Counted from the stretch's first letter, positions 40,794 through 51,600 are shown. The stretch is DNA of 64,000 nt from a virus (IMGVR_UViG_3300028048_000092:1-64000), one strand, 5' to 3'. The notes: a model not told the origin generated them from the sequence alone. Made by a program: numbers and translations.

Positions 40794-41763
40794 ATGAACA
40801 GAACACAGATTAAGTACTTTGAACACCGCATGGAAGAAATCAAGCAGCTGAAAAGGTGTGAGATATACAACGCTTCAAGTAGTAAAGCCGATAAAGTTGT
40901 CAGGATTAAGTCAAGAGTGCTGGCGTATATGCAAAAGCATAAAAGGGCTGTTATGCAACAATTATATGATAAGGCGCTGGAGATTTTAAACAGCGATATG
41001 TGGAATTCTGGTGTAGACCTTACTTCTGACGGAAGTAGAGGTGTGGCATACAAGCCTGAATTTGTATTAGATGCTATTAAGGCGTATGACAATGATATGG
41101 ATGTGCTAGCCAAAGAGCGCGAGGTCAAGTGCGAAGAGCTCAATAAGAAGTTTACAGAATTGATGGATAAGTTTTATCTTTCAGATTGTCCGGACTGTAC
41201 TGCTCTTATGGAAGAGTTGCGCAGTTTCTAATTAGAACAAATAGAGGGACCGTCAGGCCCCTCTCAAATGAAAGGAAAATGAATATGAATCTTTTCAGAT
41301 GGTTCAAGAAAGAAGGAGAGTTAAAGTGAATCAAGCACAGAGAAAGTATTTTATTAAGCGTTTGAATGATATTGCGCATCAGCAAAGAGTTGTTCTAGGA
41401 AATGAATATGATAAAAAGTATGCAGCTTTTATCGGACAAAACCAACGTACACTGGCATATGTAAAGAAACATAAGAGACAGGTTTCCGAACAGTTATATG
41501 CTATGGCCCTTCGGCTTCTAGAGAGTGAAGAGTACAACAAGAGTATTGTACTTGATAGCGCGACAAGTAGCCATGCTCCGCAGTTTGTTGCAGATTGTTA
41601 TAAAGAAGCAGAAGAAGAAAGGAAGCAGACTCAAAAGGAACAGTTTTCCAGATTGGAGCTTTTGGACAGGAAAGTAGAAGAGCTGATGGACAAGTTTTAC
41701 TTCAGTGAGATGCCTTCTGCCTGTGAAGAACTTCTTAAAGAACTTAAGGAGTTTGCAGTTTAA
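40794..41763 (+). CDS. Two tandem paralogs (40794-41231, 41326-41763)
   Basis: Both start MN..Q.KYF..R and end ELMDKFY.S.....L..EL..F. Confidence 0.72.
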
Positions 41764-41809
41764 GTTATTAACCATGGGGGCCTCCGGGCCTCTCTCAAAT
41801 GAAAGGAAA

Positions 41810-42448
41810 ATGAATATGAATCTTTTTGGATGGTTCAAGAAAGAGAAAGAAGACTGCGTTGTTGAGACAATAAGGGCACACGCAGGGTTGCACGAAGCAA
41901 TAACTCAAGCAATGCTTTCTCTGGGCGACAGAGTCCACAAGCTGGAAGCTTCTTTAAAAGAATTAAAGGAGAAGCAGGATAAAACACCTAAACTCCTGCA
42001 GAAACTTAGAGGTAAGCTCAATAATCTTCGCTGGAGGCTTGGCAATATTGAAGGAAAGCTCGAAGAGAACCCGCCCGAGGTTGTCACAGAGGAAGTCGTT
42101 GAGCTCCATCCTTCCGATAGAGAACTTGACTGGGGCTCTGAAGAAGAACCTAAATGCTTCCAATCCGGTAAATCTTATCTTGCTTCAGATACTAATGAAG
42201 CAGTTGCAGACGGAATTACTTTGCAGGGAGCTTCTGGTATTCAGTACTTTGTGCAGCTTCTCAAGAAGCAGGAAGAAGCGGAGAAGCTTCTTGAAGCCCA
42301 GCAGAGGATGATCAACAGGCTGTTCAGGATCGCAAACACTACTGTAATAGATCCCTATAAATCCATTACAGACGATCTCAGAAAAGCTGAGAAATGGAAG
42401 AAAACTTTGAAGAAGAAACTTAAAGAGTTTAAGGAGGAGAGAGTATGA
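41810..42448 (+). CDS. Coiled-coil hypothetical protein
   Basis: Start MNMNLFGWFKK with GAAAGGA RBS; the upstream ~65 bp is duplicated at 41244-41312. Confidence 0.65.
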   Translation: MNMNLFGWFKKEKEDCVVETIRAHAGLHEAITQAMLSLGDRVHKLEASLKELKEKQDKTPKLLQKLRGKLNNLRWRLGNIEGKLEENPPEVVTEEVVELHPSDRELDWGSEEEPKCFQSGKSYLASDTNEAVADGITLQGASGIQYFVQLLKKQEEAEKLLEAQQRMINRLFRIANTTVIDPYKSITDDLRKAEKWKKTLKKKLKEFKEERV

Positions 42449-42555
42449 TATTCTTTTTAGCTTCAGCTTGTTTCATTACGGGCGTCTTTACAGGAATGAT
42501 TATGTTTATGATGATGTTCTCGAGTCCGTCAAGGAAGAAAAAATAAGGATGTACT

Positions 42556-42927
42556 ATGAATATTACACCTAATGATGTTTATTGGGTGCTTCAATTGGAT
42601 CAAATTCATGAAGCTATAGTAGGAGTTATATTGTTCATGATATTGGCTTTTATCGGCCTGTTTGTCTGTATTATGAGCGCTATCTCAGACGAAGTTGTCA
42701 GTAGGTTTGTCGGAAGTACTGTATTGTTTATTCATTTCCTTGTAGTTCTCTTGTTGTTCGGAGTGATGGTTTTCCTTCCAACAACAAGAACTGCATTAGC
42801 TATGTATGTGGTCCCGAAGATTGCTGATAGTGAAGTTGTGGAGAAGCTGCAAGGGGATGCAAAGGAGTTATATACACTGGGGGTTGAGAGATTGAAAGTA
42901 GAACTGAAGGGTAGGAATGTCAAGTAA
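42556..42927 (+). CDS. Two-TM membrane protein
   Basis: YW...LD, two hydrophobic helices, P(T/S)..T..AM..VP. Confidence 0.7.
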   Translation: MNITPNDVYWVLQLDQIHEAIVGVILFMILAFIGLFVCIMSAISDEVVSRFVGSTVLFIHFLVVLLLFGVMVFLPTTRTALAMYVVPKIADSEVVEKLQGDAKELYTLGVERLKVELKGRNVK

Positions 42928-43156
42928 GCTTAAGATAACGGACAAGATCGACATTGAATATTCGGCGGACAATGAGTTAGCACAGGCTATAGAAGAGCAC
43001 AAAGAGTATATAAAAGCTGAGACGCGCTGTACTTCATTGCGTCGTGTTGAAAAAGCAGGTAAGTTGGTCGATATTAACGGTAAACCTTGCAGAATTACAA
43101 TTAGAAAAAGTACAACGGAAGGAGCTCTAGATGATCAGAGACATTGCTTTTTGTGA
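42917..43156 (+). CDS. Stand-alone domain resembling the C-terminus of type-2 isoleucyl-tRNA synthetase (DUF5915-like)
   Basis: LKITDKI.I.Y.....LA.AIE.H.EYI..ET pattern, recalled from IleRS C-termini. Confidence 0.55.
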   Translation: MSSKLKITDKIDIEYSADNELAQAIEEHKEYIKAETRCTSLRRVEKAGKLVDINGKPCRITIRKSTTEGALDDQRHCFL

Positions 43157-43363
43157 TAAGTGCGGAGTTGTCTTAAATGATAAACAGCAGGAGGGTATCA
43201 ATGTTAGGTTTAGATCTTCCTGGCCAGACTATCATCTTGTATTATGCAGTGAGTGTTTCAAGGAATTCGCTAAGCTAGAAGAAACTTTTACAGCTGCGCA
43301 AAGAAAGCTCGAGAACAGCAGTTGCAAAGAGATGGCTCAGCATATTCTGGAAAAAGAGGAATA

Positions 43364-43942
43364 ATGGGAGATGAAAAAAGTCAGAAGTCGTTGAATGGTA
43401 TGAAGTTACTGATACTCGACATGGATGGTGTAGTAAATCGAGGTGCTGATAATTGTTCCCCTGACAGACATATCTATGATGATAGATTTTCTCATGTAGT
43501 ACCTATGCAGAACGGTAAGGGTACCTGTGAGCTTACTTATGTGGACCCTGAACTGGCTAAGCGTGTAAGTAAGCTTATATCTGATTATGATCTTTATATA
43601 GTATCAAGCTCTACCTGGCGCCTTTATTATAGTCAGGAGGAGTTTAAAGAGCTTCTTACTCTTAGGGGACTGCCGGGAGAACGTCTTGTAGGATATACAC
43701 CTAATCTTTATAGAGACAGCTCTTTCTTCGGTGGAGGCTGTCCCAGGCGAACTGAGATAAGGGCCTTTATGGAGCATGCTGAAGAAGAATTTGGCTGGGA
43801 TATTGAATTCTATGTTATCTTAGATGACGATCCTTCGGCAAATTATGATACAGAAAAAGGCAGGCTCTTCTTAACGGACTTCGATAAGGGCTATGATGCG
43901 GAGATCGATAAGGAAGTGAGAAAGTACTTGGATGAAAAATAA
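43364..43942 (+). CDS. HAD-family 'Swiss army knife' RNA-repair-like phosphatase domain
   Basis: LDMDGVVN, IVSSSTWR, G.TP, R..EI, YVILDDD. Confidence 0.8.
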   Translation: MGDEKSQKSLNGMKLLILDMDGVVNRGADNCSPDRHIYDDRFSHVVPMQNGKGTCELTYVDPELAKRVSKLISDYDLYIVSSSTWRLYYSQEEFKELLTLRGLPGERLVGYTPNLYRDSSFFGGGCPRRTEIRAFMEHAEEEFGWDIEFYVILDDDPSANYDTEKGRLFLTDFDKGYDAEIDKEVRKYLDEK

Positions 43943-44227
43943 AAAGGTTTGGTATATTTATTCTACTTATAGAGGGGTTTCTTCTACAGGACCTTTTTAT
44001 AAATCAAAAAAGAAAGCCAGGGAGCAGCTTGATAAGTATTGTATAGGGCACTTGTGTCGATGGCTAGACAATGGTTATAAGAATAAGTGCCTTGTTGTAT
44101 GTGATGATAAGGGTGAAATACACTATTATCAGATACTTTCTGCAGAATTGAATTAAAGGAGGTGCTGTTATGGAGATGTAGCTAAGATAAATTGATGCGC
44201 GAACGATTGAAAATTCCTTTTAGCCAG

Positions 44228-44272
44228 GGAGCTTGCAGGGCGCTGTCCACGCCCTGTGGAGCTCTCTTTTTT
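44228..44272. terminator. Terminator at the end of the early + strand block, convergent with the first recoded gene
   Basis: GGGAGCTT-GCAGGGCG...CGCCCTGT-GGAGCTCT followed by a T tract. Confidence 0.65.
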
Positions 44273-44281
44273 ACATATCAG

Positions 44282-44758
44282 TCAGATTACTGTATAGAAC
44301 ATCAATCCCTGACTGAGCTATGTGAGTTTGTTCTAAGTCTCTTCTTTAGTATAATAGTTGCTTAGAGATATGGAAAATGAGTTTGACAGCTATGCCAGTT
44401 TTTCATCTACCTAAATCTTTGTATAGTAGTCAGAAAACTTTTCTTTGATACTACTTAAAGAGTTAGATATCTCACTTATAATATCGTTTATCTGTTCTAT
44501 AGTATAATAGTCTTGAAAACGACTCTGTAATTCAGACAGAGAGTTTGAGATATCTGCCAGAAACTGATCTATTTCATTTTTTGTATAATAGTTGCTGAGA
44601 TCTGTCTGGGGAGGGATCTCTACTACGTTACCGTTGGGCAGCTTTGCTTTCTGCTTTATTGCGCCGTTCTCTATTGTTTTATAAACAAGAACTGTTCCCT
44701 GCAATATATTCGAGTTAGCAAAAGAGCTGTCGGATTCTATTTTCTATACTCTGGCCAT
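44282..44758 (-). CDS. TAG-recoded virion-type protein with YYTKxE repeats (158 aa, 5 in-frame TAG)
   Basis: RBS TAAGGA, MARV*KIESDSS...AKLPNG...; four YYTK/YYTI repeats continue through the TAGs to TGA. The N-terminus resembles that of 59107. Confidence 0.8.
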
Positions 44759-44946
44759 TTTTAAGTCCTTATCTAGTTCATATAAGGGTACTTGGTAAAG
44801 TGTATAAAGACCTTGTAAAAGAGCTAAAAAACAGGCCCTTTTTTGGCATAATAAGTTGAAGGAGATTACAAGGTTGTAATCTTAAAAATTTAATCCTTCC
44901 TGGACAACTGTCCAGTTTCTTTAATGCCATAATAAAGGAAGTTAAA

Positions 44947-45318
44947 ATGGCACTTTAGAAAATCAGTTCGGTGAGAGCAGCCGCTCTCCTCGTCGCCACT
45001 GCAACCAATGTCTCCGATTTCAAGGACTCGAAAGAGTACCTGTTACAGGAGATATAGAGAGCGATGGTAAAAGGAGATTCTCAACTGGGAGTATATGAGT
45101 AGGCTGTAAAAGGCCTGCTCTTGTAGTACCCGGGAGAGGATAAGGAAGCTCTCACTGAACAAGTGATAAACCGTCTGTAGAAGGACTTACCGAAGTTCTA
45201 TCAGAAGTCCTTGAAAGTCTATAGATGGCTCAAATGGGGGCTGCTCCCCGGAATGGCTTTAGCCTTTGGCTGCGGGATCCTGTGTGGATTCTGCTGCAAA
45301 GGGTTGGGGCTGTTCTGA
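44947..45318 (+). CDS. TAG-recoded protein with C-terminal TM helix (123 aa, 5 TAG)
   Basis: RBS AAGGA, MAL*KISSVR...QEI*RAM...RL*KDLP...WGLLPGMALAFGCGILCGF; ends in TGA. Confidence 0.65.
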
Positions 45319-45517
45319 ACGCAGTTATACATATTAGAGCTGGATTTCGCTTGCCCCGGGGAATTGGCCCCCGAATGCCGCGAACCAGCTTTATTTGTTT
45401 ACCGTCTCAGTGTCTCTAGGCCAAAAGAGACGTCGTCCTGAGCAAGACGTTAAAAGGCTCCGCGCTTTTTCCTTAAGAGGGCCTCTTCTATTTTGTTTTT
45501 CTTTTTATTTCCTTATT

Positions 45518-46290
45518 GTTTTGTAGAAGAGACTCTCCTAAGGCGAAAGCTAAAGGCTTCAGTTCACCAGAGCCTGCAATAATAATCTGGCGAACCGGTC
45601 CTGCCGAGGCGAGCGAAAGCAGTTTCGGCTTTATAAGGACAGACCGATGCATCCGGTCAGGAATACAAAAGATGCCCTAGTGCTGCAGGTCAAGCACCCC
45701 AGACAGAAAGGGTTAAAATCGCAGTTGCTCTGGAAGCCTGATAAGCTTTCCCGTGGATACTTCCATTCGCGGACTGGAAGGAGGGACAGAAGAAAGGAAT
45801 GTCAATTCTCTCTGAAGTCCAACCCGAAGAGCCGCCTTAAGTGGCATGAGCTGTATCACGCAGCACAAATGTGACGGGACTTCCGGCAGATCCGGAAGGA
45901 GCTGAGAGGCGTTGTCCGGTGATGCGGACATCTGGCCAGCCCAATGGGGCGACACATGGAAGATTCGTATTCCATGTTGCGGAGGAACTGACGAGGCAGT
46001 GGTTCCTTCTGCAGTCCGAAAGGTTGAGATACCTGTAGGATGTTTGATGTACAGTCTCAGTACATCAACGACAGCAAAGCAAAGGAGATACAGAGGAGCT
46101 ACACTTCTCTGATGTTGAAAGAAGTTTCGGGAAACATTCTATGAGTACAGGCTTTGACAAGCCAAAAGGCTCCGGATGCCAACTGAAATGTATTTTGACG
46201 AATAGCAGCAAGGTTCTATCAAGAGCTAAGCTGTGATGTAGATCAGGGAGCTGCCATATTGGGAAGGAGGTATGGCAGATCCTTTCTTAT
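45518..46290 (+). ncRNA. Candidate large structured ncRNA (about 770 nt)
   Basis: No convincing ORF under either code; dense hairpins including GCGAAAGC GNRA loops; lies directly 5' of the tmRNA-like gene. Confidence 0.5.
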
Positions 46291-46372
46291 GGGGCTGAGA
46301 AAAGTTTCGACAGCATGGAAAGCCAAAGTGCACCTGTCTGGACCCCCGGGGCAGTACCGGGCAGCTCCACCA
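46291..46372 (+). ncRNA. Mini-tmRNA (tRNA-like domain only, 82 nt)
   Basis: GGGGCTG/CAGCTCC-A-CCA acceptor with G3.U70, stemless D-loop ending TTCGAC, P2 GACAG/CTGTC closing about 20 nt, T-arm CCCGG-GGCAGTA-CCGGG. No tag-reading frame. Confidence 0.8.
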
Positions 46373-46395
46373 ATTAAAACACTAAGGAGGAAGAA

Positions 46396-46641
46396 ATGGA
46401 ACTTAGAATCAGTAAACACGATCTGGGTGGAACTCATATAACTTTGACTAAAGCTAGTATAGGTTGTATTGAGAGAAAAACTCTTAATAGAGTTTTAAAG
46501 AGGTTCGGCAAGCACTTACAAGTAGAGGAAGAGCTGTGTGATAGTGTTACATATGCTATACGCGGCTGTGTCCCTACAGTTAACTGGCTTTTTGAAGTTA
46601 CATGTAAGTTCCCTCATATCAAAGTTGTAAGAGAGCAATAA
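46396..46641 (+). CDS. Hypothetical protein
   Basis: AAGGAGG RBS; terminator at 46643-46680. Confidence 0.65.
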   Translation: MELRISKHDLGGTHITLTKASIGCIERKTLNRVLKRFGKHLQVEEELCDSVTYAIRGCVPTVNWLFEVTCKFPHIKVVREQ

Positions 46642-46855
46642 TAAAGGCCTCCCAACTAAGGGAGGCCTTATCTCTTTTTTACATAGCAGCCATTCCAAGC
46701 ACCTTCTAAAAAGTTCCTTTATTATTGGCATAATAAGATGGTGCTGAGGTAAAGGTGCCATAGGAGAAATCCGAGAGCCGGGTCCGATCCCCGGAGCACA
46801 CTTAAGCTCCCTTATGGGAGCGCCCTATTTCTTTTTTACACTGTAGGTAGATTAT

Positions 46856-47302
46856 TCAGCGCCCGGGAGTGTCATATTCAAGTTCCCATCCAAGGGACTA
46901 TATCTTATCTTTTTTAGCTGGGTACCATAGGCTGTTCTGGTCATTTTTAATGTAGACAACACCCGGAGCTATATTTGCAGGAGGAGTTCTGAGTCCCCAT
47001 GCACCTGCGTTTCTATCATAGAGCCCTCTTTCAGGATTTAATATAGCCACCTGTTGCTTTCCCCTGAGATGTGGATCTACTTGCTTTCCCCTGAGATGCG
47101 GATCTACACTGGCAGCAGGGGATTTATATCCTGCTTTTCTTGTATTTTTCCGGCTTGCTTTCTGCTGTGCTTCCCATTTTGCAGCGCCGTTGACTGCTTG
47201 TCCCCAGGGCTACCAGATTCTAGTAGTTCCCTTTTCAACCGGAGCGTTCCCAGCTGAATATGTTGCAGCTATCTTCCTGAGTGTCTCTTTGTAAGTATGC
47301 AT
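46856..47302 (-). CDS. TAG-recoded basic hypothetical protein (148 aa, 2 TAG) with a 27-bp tandem repeat (VDPHLRGKQ x2)
   Basis: RBS GAAAGG, MHTYKETLRKIAA...; open to TGA when TAG is read through. Confidence 0.65.
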
Positions 47303-47327
47303 AATAACCTTTCGCGTTACACTTCAA

Positions 47328-47340
47328 GGGGGGGGGGGGG
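47328..47340. repeat. G13 homopolymer, intergenic
   Basis: Seen directly in the sequence. Confidence 0.9.
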
Positions 47341-47352
47341 CACGTAAAAGGC

Positions 47353-48570
47353 TTATTTTAGAGGCTTGAAAGAAGGTACCTTTTTAATAGTGCGGATCAC
47401 CTGCTCCCCGTAAATGCCCATTGTACATTCAAACTGCCTGGGAGTGCCTTTGTATTTGGGACACCATAAGTAGTCCTTATGATCGAAGTTGAAGCGCTTG
47501 TCATCCCAGCACCCATTGCACACATTGTAATTTATCACTCTGTAAGGAGTATAAAACTCGCAGGAAGGCAAGGAGAATCCTGAAATAAGAACTACAGGCA
47601 CCCTGCAGCACCATGCCAGCCAGGACATCCCTGATCCAAGTCCTATAAAGAAGTCGGCATCTTTTATAAGGTTTATCCTCTATTGCAAAGGCAAAGCTCC
47701 CGTAGCGTCCTCCACTCCCCAGGGAACATGGTTCCATATAAGTCCATTCCCGTAGTTTCTATCTTTGTTTATGCAGTAGACCTTATATCCCTCTTCTTTA
47801 AGAAATCTTATGACAGAGTCCCATCCACAGGGATTGTTCCAGTGCTTTGTCTGGGAGCTTGCCTGTGTGGATATGACACAGTACTTCTCTTTTATCTTTC
47901 TTTTTGCGGAAAGGTCTACTCTCGGTGGAATATCTTCATCCGATACATCAAGTATATGTGCAGCTGTCTTATGCAGTCCGACTTGTCTGAAGTCAATAGG
48001 CTGCCACTAAGTGTTCCCTCCGAAGAACAGCCCCATGTAGTAAGTAGCATAAGGCTTCAAATCAATGTTCTCTTTAACAGAATAAAAATAAATATCGGGA
48101 TACTGCTTCTACAGAAGCTCCTTTATATGGCCTGGCATAATGCAGTGCAGTCTGCAGTGATGCTTCTGCTGGAATCTCTATACATAAGAGAACCATCCCA
48201 GAGTATCTCCTATGGCGCCGTCGGGGAAGTTTATCACAACGTCCTTCTGAGAAGCATCGTAGGTATGGGTAAAGAGGATCTCTTTCCTGTCAGGGGAAAG
48301 TATCTGCAGCTTATAGTTGATGAAGTACATTTTGCTGCTGAACACTTTTCCACCTGCTTTTACAAGCCCGTTGTAGAAGACCGTCCCGGTGTCCTGATCT
48401 GTAAGGGTGAACCAATGGTCTCCGCTGTCCTTGGGGAAGCTTATTCTAAGTCCCTTGTTGAAGTCATATTTAATGCCCTCTACAGCTTCCATGGTAAACT
48501 GGGAAGGTACCTGCCAGTACACCGGAGGTTTTACAATAGGTGCAGGGGAGAGGGAATCGGAAGTCGACAT
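47353..48570 (-). CDS. Autotransporter O-heptosyltransferase (Aah/TibC family), TAG-recoded (405 aa, 4 TAG)
   Basis: YDFN.G, GAIGDTLGWF, PYATY..GLFF, QPIDFR.VGLH, K.WNNP.GW, WNHVPWG.ED.TG, FFIGL.SG.SWLAW, ISGFS, CNGCWDD, WCP, FECT. Confidence 0.92.
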
Positions 48571-48666
48571 ATAAAGGCTCCTGTTTGATGTTTTGCTCTA
48601 AGTGATGTATACAAGGAATATACGCATTCGCGTATAAGTATAAAGGAGAAAGGGAAAGTAGGGCTT

Positions 48667-51600
48667 ATGGCTGACAGCAGCTTCTGGAATATAGGAAATA
48701 TAGAATATCCTGTAATACAAGGACAAGCGGGAAAGCCCTTCTACCATTAGCAAGGTCCTCTCATACAGTTCGGGTAGTAGCTGGTCGATAACAGCTGCCT
48801 TTGCAAGTACAGATATGCAAGGTACTTTGCTTACTACTGTGCAGTTCCTTCAGACAGCTCTTCCATAGCCTTTTTCAAGAACTTCGAGCAGGTTCCCTGG
48901 GAAGGGGGGCATAATATAAAGTTCCTTGATTATACCCAGGAAACAGCCAAAGGTTACCAATGGGGAATGTTCAAAGGACCTGTATATCTGGGCTGCTATC
49001 CAACGGGTCACTTTACTACAGGGAAGTGGCTTCCGGTGGAGCTTCCCTATGAGAATGTTTCATAGGACCTTAATGTAACTTCTCCTTCTCCTTATTATAT
49101 ATATTAGGAAAATGAGGACTACAACTACTCCTTGAAGTGCATGATAGTAAGTTCCTATTAGTGCTGCAATGGGGAGGAGGGCTGTGGAGTAGAAGTACAG
49201 AGAGGCTAGTACTTTGAAAGCTCTTTCCCATTCTGCTATGCATAGTTCTTTGTAAGTAACCTTGATGCAAGCGATGCTTCTCAGGTAACAGCTGCTCTTA
49301 TAGAAGGCTCCCAGGGATGTGTATGCACTCCTCCTTACAGGATGCTTAAGAAGTTCTAGCAGTACGATTGCTCTACAGCTACTATAAGGGTATTCAAGTA
49401 GATGGTGCTTCTTCCAGAAGAACTCGACAGATGCTCTTAGTTCTGTCCCTCCTGCCAATAGGAGCTTCCTGCTTTAGCTCCCAATGCTGCTTTTTTAGCT
49501 AAGAAGGATTGTGTTTATTGGGTTTTATGGAAGTTCCCCCTTCCATAGGACTGCAGTGATTGTTCCAAGACTTTACATAAGATATAGTGGCAGTTGGTAA
49601 CGGATTATAAAGATATCCCCGGGGAAGTTGTAGGGAAGGGGCCTGGGTGGAAGCCCCTGAGTTTCCATGATCCTGACGAGACCTTTACATACTGTGAATA
49701 GGAAGCTCCTGGAAAAGTCATCTTCCAGTGGCAGTATGTAAGGAATCCTCAGCCTTCCCAGGGAGAGATATAGGGCAGCCGCCCCGCTGTAAAGCCCGAT
49801 GAAAACCCCTGCAAAGAATACTGCAGGAAGAACCCTCTGGCAAGGCCCTCCATATCAGACTCTTTGTCAGGTGCCTCCGACAGTACTTTGTAGAAGCACT
49901 TTCCCTGCAATGAGCCCTAGCCTCCTCCTATGAAGTACAGAGAGTTCCTCCATACTGAGTTTGATGTATATGAGCTGTCACTTCGAGTTACTGTCATTAC
50001 AAGAGATCAGGTGAAGGAGTGCTATCAGAGCTATAAGATAGATACTCCCTTATAGGACTGGCATTGGAATCTTATTTAGAATGCTGTCTATGATTATCAG
50101 CTTACAAGCTACTTATATGGTACTTCCTTTCGGGGGACTGAAGTAAAGAACGGCTTTATCCATAAGTATGTTGTGCAGTTACATGGAGAAGAGCCTCCTG
50201 AAGATCCTTCCGGGGAGTATCAGGGAGACGACTTCGACATAGTAGCTGATGGAAGCTCCTACAACTTTGTCGATAAAAGTCAGAACCTTTGTCAGTATGC
50301 TTATCAAGTTTATTTAGCAGAGAAGTGTAAATGCTTTGGTGATTGTATTTCAGACTCCCGTTCCTGCAGCACATCAAATCAGAGTGAATATATAAGTGGC
50401 TGGGGGTGCTCCAAATGGCAAAGTCTTGGTCAGCATTCTTAGTATTAGATAAGAAAGGAAATGCGGTTCTGCCTGGATAAGTGGAGCCGGAACCCGGAAG
50501 AGTCTGTACACAAGTAGTGGGTTTATACTACTTTGTCTGATGATCCTTATTTCTGTGAATAGTATCCCCAGCCACTTAAAAGGGGGATTATCTACGATAA
50601 CTATGTATTTACACCAAACTGTTCCGATTCTACAAGTATAGTGGTATCTTTCCCTTTTGTTTCTTATCCCTGGTGTGGAAAACAGCCAAAAGCTTATTAG
50701 GGATATAAGGCATAGGACAGCCTATCCAGCTCCACTTTACTTCAAGTAGTGGACAATGTAATAGATCTTACCAATACAGATCCTCCGATATGTACCGTAT
50801 ATGGATTTATTGATCCTCACAAGGTGGCGGTTTGGCCAGGGTTTATTTCAGAGCGGCCTGTGCGACCAGCGCCTTGCTGCGGAGAAGAGGCCTTCTATTC
50901 CGATAGCTGTCATGCTAAGGGCAAAATTTATTAGCCTCCCATTATAAAGTGGCCCAAGTCCTGTTTGTAGCTTCCAGCGTACGGAGTGAGAGTTTATATA
51001 GCTGCTTTTGGACATGCCTGGCCTGGGTTCATTTCCACGTAGAAGACCGTTGATTCCCAGACTAAGTACTATGTAAATGCTTCCAAGTTCCTGCAGTACT
51101 TCAACTGTACCAAGCAGTCTTAGCTGTAGTTCTATTAGGAGCTCCCATCGTAGTACCCTGAAGGATGGGATCCGCCTTTCTCAGGCTTCTATCAGACCGA
51201 TTATCTTCCTGCAAAGGGTAACTGGTGCATGCCTCCCATAGGCTTCTTCAACTAGCTGTCCCCTGTGAACTTCAACCAGGGCTCTATAGCTTAGTGGGCA
51301 GGAGGTTCGGGAAAAGTCCTTTTGTATATATTCTCCGGGCATGCTTCCCGCTGCTAGTCACAGTTAGAGGTCGGCATAAGAGCACTTGCAGGGAAGAACA
51401 TCGGCGGCAGAAAAGCTATAGGCGTCTAGATCCCCCTTAACAAGAAAGGGGCAGGAGATAACGGGACCATAGCATATTCTTATGATTGTGTTGATGTCAA
51501 TCAGTTTATAGATCCCAATAGTGAGTACTATCATAAAGGTGTCTTATAGAGAGCCTATGAGAATCAGGATATAACAGGGTTCGTTGCCAATGGGTTTGTA

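Noticed and set aside
45518-46290. RNase P RNA, or the coding piece of a permuted tmRNA
   Set aside because: No GAGGAAAGUCC P4 signature and no recognisable tag frame ending in AA; the downstream TLD is unpermuted and self-contained.
47683-48588. 301-aa + strand ORF, and other long antisense ORFs in the track (e.g. 14572-15240, 53916-54422, 49060-49458)
   Set aside because: Shadow frames opposite well-supported genes.
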